This document shows, one piece after another, positions 53,201 to 62,200 of a DNA stretch of 64,000 nucleotides. Numbering within the stretch: the first letter of the stretch is position 1; the number at the start of each line of letters is the position of its first letter. Under the pieces are notes generated by a model. That model was not told the DNA's origin and searched no databases. It saw only the letters and a list, made by a program, of their open reading frames with translations. Origin of the DNA: Phoronis australis (lineage: Eukaryota; Animalia; Phoronida); contig NMRA01000094.1 in assembly GCA_002633005.1 (NCBI GenBank), positions 708,597 to 772,596 of the forward strand. The letters are read 5' to 3'. A program made the translations under genes and the position numbers.

Positions 53201-56200
53201 CCGGCGTCAAAACCTCCGCTTTCAGCGACTTTGTCTGCCGCGCTGAGTTTCCGTCTGCATTGCACTAGATAAAACATATATTCGAAAAAATCAGGCCAGA
53301 GAAATGTGACAATGGTTTTGCCAACCCTCCAAATTCTATTAAGGTGGGAAGCTCTCGTATTTTGAACAAATCTCACAACTCACGGAATGATATCAAATTC
53401 TCAATATTTTGATGAATATAACTGCCGGGTTGTAGAGGATGTGGGGCGACCGAAGGGACAGTACAAGTGCCTTACTGGGTTACCGATTTCGTTGCTGCCT
53501 GTCGATTTCTGAATTCAAACGTTGGCAATAATGTATGTTTGTGCATGATCTTGAAGTAATAAAAAACGGCTAGTCAAATTTTTTGTTTTTCGCTTATTGC
53601 ATCTCAGTCAAACTGGTTAGCAGATTTAACTAATGTCGCTGGCTGTTCTTTACTATTTCTTGCGTCAACCCCCACGTAAGCGTGACTGTGTGAATTATCC
53701 TTTCCACATCTCCTTTTTAGCCATCCAGAATAATTTTGTTTATACATTGACCATTTTCAGACTGAACAAAAATTCTTACCATTCGAGTCTGAAATTTCTA
53801 CGACGTAGACTGCTTGAGGATAGTGGGTAAGAGATTCACGCAGCTAGTTACAGGGATGGGCTTAGGGCGCATCGAGCCGGGAAATATGGGAATAGACTTG
53901 ACATCGCAGTTTTGGGGAACATTGGCAACGGAGGAATATCGCAAAGAACTGGGTCTTTCGTAACAGCAGCTTAAAAGTACATAATCACGCCCGTTTTTGT
54001 TACTTCGTCGGACTGTCGCTATGTGTGACTGATTTGTAGTGGTGCACGTGCGCAAGTTCCCACGGCTTTGGAGTGCATGTTACCTTGACACCAACATGTG
54101 ATTGACAGGTGACTCACACGTAGGCCCTACGTGCGTGCTGAATACCGCCACTATCTTTGGCCATAAAAAACGAGATGCATATTGAAAGAGGCCGTTATAT
54201 TACTTGACGGCATTTCCAAGTCACGATTGTCAGCCGACTGAGACATTGCGCGAGAACAGCGGGACCGAACAGTGCCGCAGTGCGATATTACAAGCGATAT
54301 AAATAGGATAATCTGGACATCTTGCATGAAAAATAAATGTTTTTCCACCACGAAGTTTGGTAAGGTGATCGTTTAGAATAATGAATTGAAACATTGCTGT
54401 TTTCTGACATTTTGTAACATATTTATGCAGTGGCTTGAAATTTTATTCTTGATCGACGACTGGCTCGACCACCCCCGATCCTTGTCTTACTTCTTTGCAT
54501 AGCATGTTTGGCGCAACCGCAAGAGAGAAATGCCGGGCTGTCGAGATAAGACAGCTAGCCGCAGAACCATACGCTGAAAATGTCATTTAGTAACGGAGTG
54601 TCGACTATAACATCCCAAACACAAAAAAACACAGCAGAGTTAGGTTTTTCAAACTTTTATTACAACCAATTTTAAAACTGCTCTCTGACTCAGAACTTGA
54701 CAGCTACATATAGTACGAGACTGTAACCATAAATTTGATGTCTGACCTCTGCAACACGTGAAGCTTGCACGCGCGCACTTAAGCAGGGTCACATCTTCAT
54801 TGAAACTGTTTTAATTCTAGTGGAGGCTGCGTGGTGACTGGTCGTCTGCGCACCGCAGGACGGCACGGGGCTATTACTCAGCAATTTTGTAAATTTAATA
54901 GTGAATGACTAATCTGAGGGCAAGAGAACCCACAGTCATTTGGCGACGTGCCGATAAAGCTCTTTGAAAAGGGCTACGCGTTCCGAGTATGATTGTCGTG
55001 TCGGGATTTTGATCGCCAGGTAAGATTAACCGCCCAGGGCGGTTGTCTGTCGTAATAAGCGCCCATGTTCGGTTAACCGCCCATCCCCTACTTTAGGTGG
55101 ATTTTCGATTTAACCGCCCTCCCCCGATTTTTTGGATTCGCCAATTTAACCGCCCAGGGCGTTAACCCGAACGATTACGGTATGTTCATTGAAGGATACC
55201 TTTGTACTGTCAGTCTGCTGTTGTGTTGAATAGAGAAGATAGTGAGATACATGGAAGATACTGTGTAGGTGGTGGTATTGAAGAGAGGCTCTTATTTGTT
55301 GTCTGTTTGTAGTGAAGGGAATAGAAATCTCTTGACTGGCATGGGATAATCATCTTATTCTACTTGCTGAACGCATGCATCATTTAAATGCGGGTTAGAT
55401 GCTGTTTGTCGAAGAACTAATAAATTTTGACCTTTGCTTTTGAAAAATATCCAGTAAACATCTCGTCTTAAACTGCATGAGGTTCTATGGTGCACGTAGT
55501 TCTGGTATTGGTTAGTGGCTGGTATACAGGCTTTTAAAATGAAATTGTTGGTCCATCATTTATTTCTAGCAGTTGAAGCTTATGGGAAGTGCACTTAATT
55601 GCTTTTCTGTGTTTTAGTATCTTATTTATTGAATTATTCTGATTGGTGAAACAAATGTCTTTTATACACTAGTTCTCTTACTATGATAATGTATTCTGAA
55701 ATAGTTGAGTTATTGAAAGAGCATTGCTTTAATTGTTCCTTTGATATTGATGAATTTTAATTTGATTTGTTTCCTTTTCATCAAACCTCATCTCTTAATT
55801 CTCTTCACCTTCAACTCCGTGTCTCCTGCCTCACCACACCCGTGAAGGCCTGAAGACTGGTGCGTTCTTGATGGTTGGTATGAAAACGTGTCTTTCATGA
55901 GTTCACGTTCAGCCTTCTCTCTGCAGAGTTTGGGCCGTGCTCAGAAGAAGAGCTCAAGCAGCACGGTTGGACTGGAAGATCTCTTCAGTGAGAGTAGCTC
56001 CAACTCAAGCCCATACAACTCACTGACGGCAGCAGACAGTAAGAAACTAACTGGACGAACCTCCGCCAGCAAGCTTGGGGCGCTGTTTTTACCCAACTTC
56101 ACCAGTAAGGTATGGATGACCACACATTGCTTTTTTAGTTCACTTGTTCTTGGGTATTGTTTTCCAACTTCTTCGTAGTCTGCTTTTTACCATCACTATT

Positions 56201-59200
56201 TCATTCCACAAGTTTCTCTTTTGCTTACGAAAAATACTGTTTTTTCCTATGGCCATCTAACAGAATCTTGTTTCATAACTTTTTGTCCTTACGTCATAAA
56301 AATGGCATTATTCTGCAAATCTGCAACAGCTCGTCTCACACCCCAGGCAAAATAGATGTGGATAAATGTCTTTAAAAAGTCACTTATGTCTCCTTTCGAA
56401 GTAGGCTTGGAAACAAATTAACATACATGGCTGTCTAATGAATTATGAACTGTATGAGTTACCACAAATGTAATTGTAAAAATGGTAATAGTGTGATGAT
56501 ACTATTGCCTATAAGCACTGCTTTGTCCACTGTGTAACTTTTAATGTAAAATACAACCCCCAATTCAGATGTGTTGATATCGCACATGTGTTCAGACATC
56601 TTCTACATTACTGCCCCTGCAGGACAAAGACAAACAGGACCAGCTTGCTGAACAGTTGATGCAGTACACCCTGACTGGACTTCCCAGCTGGCCTTCGCTA
56701 CTCACGCTTGGAGAGCCTCACTTTGACAGGTCTATGTTTGATATGGAGAAACATTGGACTGACATAATTGATAAAACGGTAAGACCTACTCATGAGGGCA
56801 CTTGCACCACCTGCAAATTAAGAATTTGGGAGAAAAGAACTTACCTTTCATTAAAAACCAAAGCAGAAACATGTAGCATTTGTGTTTCAAAAGACTTTGA
56901 TGCACCCATTTCTGTGTAAGTGGCTCGTATTATCGGCTCTGGCCAGACGGCATCCAGCCAGCATCCAGCACACAGGCAGATTTGGCTTCTACTGTGCCCC
57001 TTGTGGCAATTTCAATTTATGATATCACGATGACATACGGGAATAAATTGTGGAGCTTGGTGGTGACGGAGTATTTGGTGGATAACACTCTGCACCACCT
57101 ACAGTTCACATGTGATGGATAACATTCAGCACCACCTACAGTTCACATGTGATGGATAACATTCAGCACCACCTACAGTTCACATGTGATGGATAACATT
57201 CAGCAACACCTACAGTTCACATGTGATGGATAACATTCAGCACCACCTACAGTTCACATGTGATGGATAACATTCAGCACCACCTACAGTTCACATGTGA
57301 CTTTGAGTTTTAAGTTGCAGGATTTTGGGGGTTTAAGCATTGTAATTGTCATGTCATTGAATAACCACTGTTAAGTGGTAGCAGATTGAAATGATTCATC
57401 CAAAAAAGTCCCTTTGCAAAATGTCCGTGAATGAAAGAAATTGCGTTTTGTCCGTATCAGCTAGGTACCATCTATTTAGAATTGAGCAAAACCAAAACCT
57501 GATTTTATGCTCTGAAAGTTTGCTTGGATAACTTGACAATAAATATTGCCATCGTGTGTCACTGAGGCCTACTGACTGATTACACTTGACAGCTTACTAA
57601 ATGTCACTGATTCACAATAAGTAGATTCAAATTTTCTTTCAAGTTTGTAGTTTCAAGTCATGGCTTTGTTTGGTAATTATTTGTGACATACAATCAAGCC
57701 ACTTGTTTTGCTTGTTCTGTTTGTTTATGCAAAGCATTGTTGCAGCTATGTGCATTTCAGTTACGGTGTTTCAATTTGTTTTTTCATCTCACTGGTTAAA
57801 GTAACTAATGAAGAAAGACTTCTGTTTCTTTATCTTGTTGTTTTCTCATAATCTTGAGATTGATCGAATTTTGTTATTTTTGATAATTTTGTACAAGGTT
57901 ATGTAATATCTCCTTAAAATCTTGTTTTATATTATTGCATTAAAGGTTCTGTCCAGACTCTTCATTCTTACACCTGTCACTTACTTGGTAGAAATGCTCA
58001 AATTTTTACCAAATGTTTGATGATGATTATTCCGTAGAAACCATGCTAAGATTTTTCTGAGACTTTCTTGGTGCTTGTTTTGATTAAAAAATGCCAATTC
58101 AGGATATCACTTTCTGGAGATTTTATTCCTTAATACTTCTTGCTCTTTTTGTATCATACTACTTTTTGTTTGTTTGTTCAGGGTATGACTAAAAAGCAAC
58201 GAGACCAACAAGAGGCCGTGTGGGAGTTGCTCAACACAGAAGTGCGCTATGTGGAGGCACTCAATGTTATCTGTGATGTAAGTGATTGCATACTTATAAC
58301 ACCTATCTAAGTTACTGTTATCTCATGTGAGTGCAGTACGGACACATTGTTCTGACACCTTTCTAAGTTACTGTTATCTCACTTGAGCACAGTACGGACA
58401 CATTGATTGGGCATTCAGTAGATTACCAAATTCATAAAAGCAAGTTTTGATGTTTGTCAGAAAATAACGTAATCATATGTTGATTTATCACTATTTGGTA
58501 TTGAAGACAGCTCTTGTGAGGAAAGAATTTTAAGACAATCAGTCAGTAAGCATGTCAGTCAGTGTAGGACAACTGATTTGACTTGCGCTGTAATCAGCTT
58601 GCAACTTAAAATGGATGTATTGTTAAAAGCTTTTCTGTCACTTAGTGATACAATTTCCCATCGTCCTGGGTATCTGGTGTCAGTCAGTTCCACCACTCTG
58701 AATACGATCATCGTTGCCCAGGGTGGAAGGTGCTTGAATATTCAACTGAATTATCTGTCTGACTGAGCGCGATAAATGTGAAAGTATTCTCATGTCTATA
58801 CTTAATGACTCTATACTAAGGACGGAAGTGATTCGACATACAAACTTCTCAGTCGTGACCTGCATGATGCATAGCACAATGACCCACTTCACACAAAGCT
58901 TCCTGTGATTAACTCTTTGAACAACAGTTAATTATCTCATCTCTGCATGCTGCCTGGCATTGCAAAAACAAGCCGTTTGCATTTAGTCATCCTTAACCTT
59001 TAAGCTTGGCAGCACAAAGGCATTAAGTATCTATCACTTTGTTGTTTTGTTTGTTATTCTCAGAAAACTGCAAGCGTTTGATTTGCTGGTTCAGTGATGT
59101 CATTGATGTTGATGGCTTTTTATCCTTTCTTTGCATGCGTTGACCCTTGACCCCGTGGGCAACGTGTGGCAGTTAGTATGTGTTGTAGTTCTGCTCGAGG

Positions 59201-62200
59201 CAGATGACAAAACAGTTGACTTTATTATGTAATTGACTTTATCTCTTGTGCTGTCATAACCTTTTATTTTATTCTGATCAATCTACATTTTAATGTCTTA
59301 TCAGTGTTTCTTTCGCCAAGGAACAAAGTCTAAATGACCTTAGAATGAACCTGGGCTGGACTAGAGCTGTGTGTTTTGCACTACAAGTAGGAAACAAAGT
59401 GGACCTTGATAAAAACCTGAAAAATGAAATCGTAAAGGTCATTCAAAAATGGCTCATTTATTTTGTTTATCAAACTTACTGTATGTGAGCAGTCAAATCT
59501 AACTTCAACCCTCCCAGTGCACCTGGTGAAATACAAAAATTCACAAACAGCACGTTGTGTATGACATCATCAAACTGTAGCTGTGACATCATTGGCACAG
59601 CACTCAGTGACATTGCCTATACTGTTACTCTGTTGATGATCTCACTGGTTCATTTGAGTCTGTACTTTCTTATTTGGTACAAATCAATTCTTAGAGCACA
59701 AGACTTAAGATATTATGCTCAAACTGAATTATTACCAAAAGTGTTGAAGCATATATCTGTTGTGCTTTAAGAACTGCTCTCATTGAGTTGCCATGTCAAC
59801 TTCTATCATCTTGTCATTATATTTCTTTTCAGTTATTCTACTGTTGCCTGATCAACTTACAAAACGAGCAGTTATTGAATGAAATTGAGACAGAGAAGTT
59901 GTTCAGCAACATTCGAGAAGTGCGAACGGCCACGTGTCAGTTCTGGAAAGATGACCTACTTAAAGTTCTTGATCATTCTCGCACAAACCAAGTACCCCTG
60001 GACCCGCTGTTGTTGCTACAAGGGTTTTCTAAGGTGAGCATTGAGTAGAGAAAAACAATTAATGGATCGTATGAGAAGTAATGCATTACAGCGTGATATT
60101 ATTGTATTCAAAGAGATAGACATGTAATATTGAACAACTTATGATATTGTATTCAAAGAGATAGACATGTAATGGTGAACAACTTATGATATTGTACCCA
60201 AAGAGATAGACATGTAATGTTGAACAACTTATGATATTGTATTCAAAGAGATAGACATGTAATGGTGAACAACTTATGATATTGTATTCAAACAGATAGA
60301 CATGTAATGTTGAACAACTTATGATATTGTATTCAAAGAGATAGACATGTAATGTTGAACAACTTATGATNCAGGTCTAAAGAATATACACCTCGTTGGT
60401 GAAATGAAAACTGACTTAGACCAGGTCTAAACTGGAGTTAAACCAGGTTTTACAAGACCACTGGTCCAAAAGTTAAACCACCTTTATGAAATGCAGATTA
60501 TCATTAAACCTGGTCTAAGTCCAGTTTAAACCTGGTTTAACTTTAAACCACCTTTATGAAATCGGCTGATAATGTTGAACAACTTAGGATATTGTACTTA
60601 AAGAGATAGACATGTAATGTTGAACAACTTATGATATTGTATTCAAAGAGATAGACATGTAATGTTGAACAATTTATGACCGCTATTTTTCCTTTGTGTG
60701 TCGTCAGCCGTCAAACAATTTATGAGAAAATGTTCAACAACGTTTGCGGCAGCGTAGTGAAGCTTAAAAAAAAAACAGAAATTAATAAACCACCAAATTC
60801 CTACATCTGGTGATCAACTCTCAAAGTTAGAAAAATGCATTGTATGATTTATGTAGTTTTTCAAATGTAGGGCCTCTAGCGACACCCTTTTGTGCCAGTG
60901 TAGGGCCACTAGCGACACACTTTGGTGCCAGGTGGGACAAGTGAAGAATGTTTTATCACTCATCATTCAGCATTGCAACACAATTCAACAGTGAATGACA
61001 GATGGCAACTAATGTTAATGTAAAACTGCATTGCAACACAATGCAACAGTGAATGACAGATGGCAACTAATGTTAATGTAAAACTGCATTGCAACACAAT
61101 GCAACAGTGAATGACAGATGGCAACTAATGTTAATGTAAAACTGCATTGCAACATAATGCAACAGTGAATGACAGATGGCAACTAATGTTAATGTAAAAC
61201 TGCATTGCAGCAGAATTAAACTCAGTGTCCCACGGATGCGCAGCATTGTGGGTAAAAACAGCAAAATCAAAATGACTGCAATATTGTGAGAAATGGCTTT
61301 TGTATTAGCATTAAAGAAAAGTTATGTTTTTGTTAGAATTTGACCAAAAATGTTCTTCTCTGTCAAGCTTATGCCACACTGTTGCATTAGTTTTTGCCCA
61401 ATTTTTCTTTTATTTGATTAATTTTTGTCGACTTCAGACATAACGTAACCTGTGTGTTATTTGCAGTTTGAGGACTCCTTTCAACCCTACACAAAATATT
61501 GCCTGGAGCAGTCGGCCTGTCTGGAGTACATGAAGACTAAATTTCGTGATCACGATTTATTCAGGGCATTCGTCGAGGTATGCACACTTAAGAAGACGGA
61601 AACTGTACATGATGGGAAATTACGCTTAATTGACTAAGAAAATTAGCACGTTTAATTGTCAGTTTTGTAGTGCATTATAGGTTCATAGTTATTTGATAGG
61701 TATGCTGCTTGAACATTAAATTGAAAAAATTGTGAAAATTTCACTTTTTCACACCTTGGTAAGGTATCTGTACCTAACAAATGATCTTAAAAGTTTGTGT
61801 ATTTAGCCTTGATAACATGTGTGTTTGTGTGTTTTCAGTGGGCCGAGGCCCATGGACAATGTAACAGGCTTCGCTTGCATGACCTTGTAGTGAAACCGAT
61901 GCAGAGGCTAACAAGATACTCTCTGCTACTCAGGGCCATCGTCAAAAAAACGGATAAGGAGTCATCCAAACGAGAGTTGAATAAAATAGTAGGTTCATTG
62001 AGAAATATTTATCATTTATGTTCTGTGCTGGCTAGAACATTAACAAGAATCAAAACTTTTGCGAATGGCACGTGAATGTTCTATTTCTGACAAAATAAAT
62101 TTGCAGGGTCTGCTAAATGTTTACTATGGCGTGAAAATAAGAGCTGTGTCAACCAACATACTAAGAAACTGGTCTGATTTTACTTAAAAAATCAGTTTAT

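Noticed and set aside
55848-55859. Possible 12-nt micro-exon (aag|GCCTGAAGACTG|gtgcgt) after a long pyrimidine tract
   Set aside because: In the required phase 0 it reads GCC TGA (stop), and no phase-1 partner exon was found. It could only be a poison or UTR exon.
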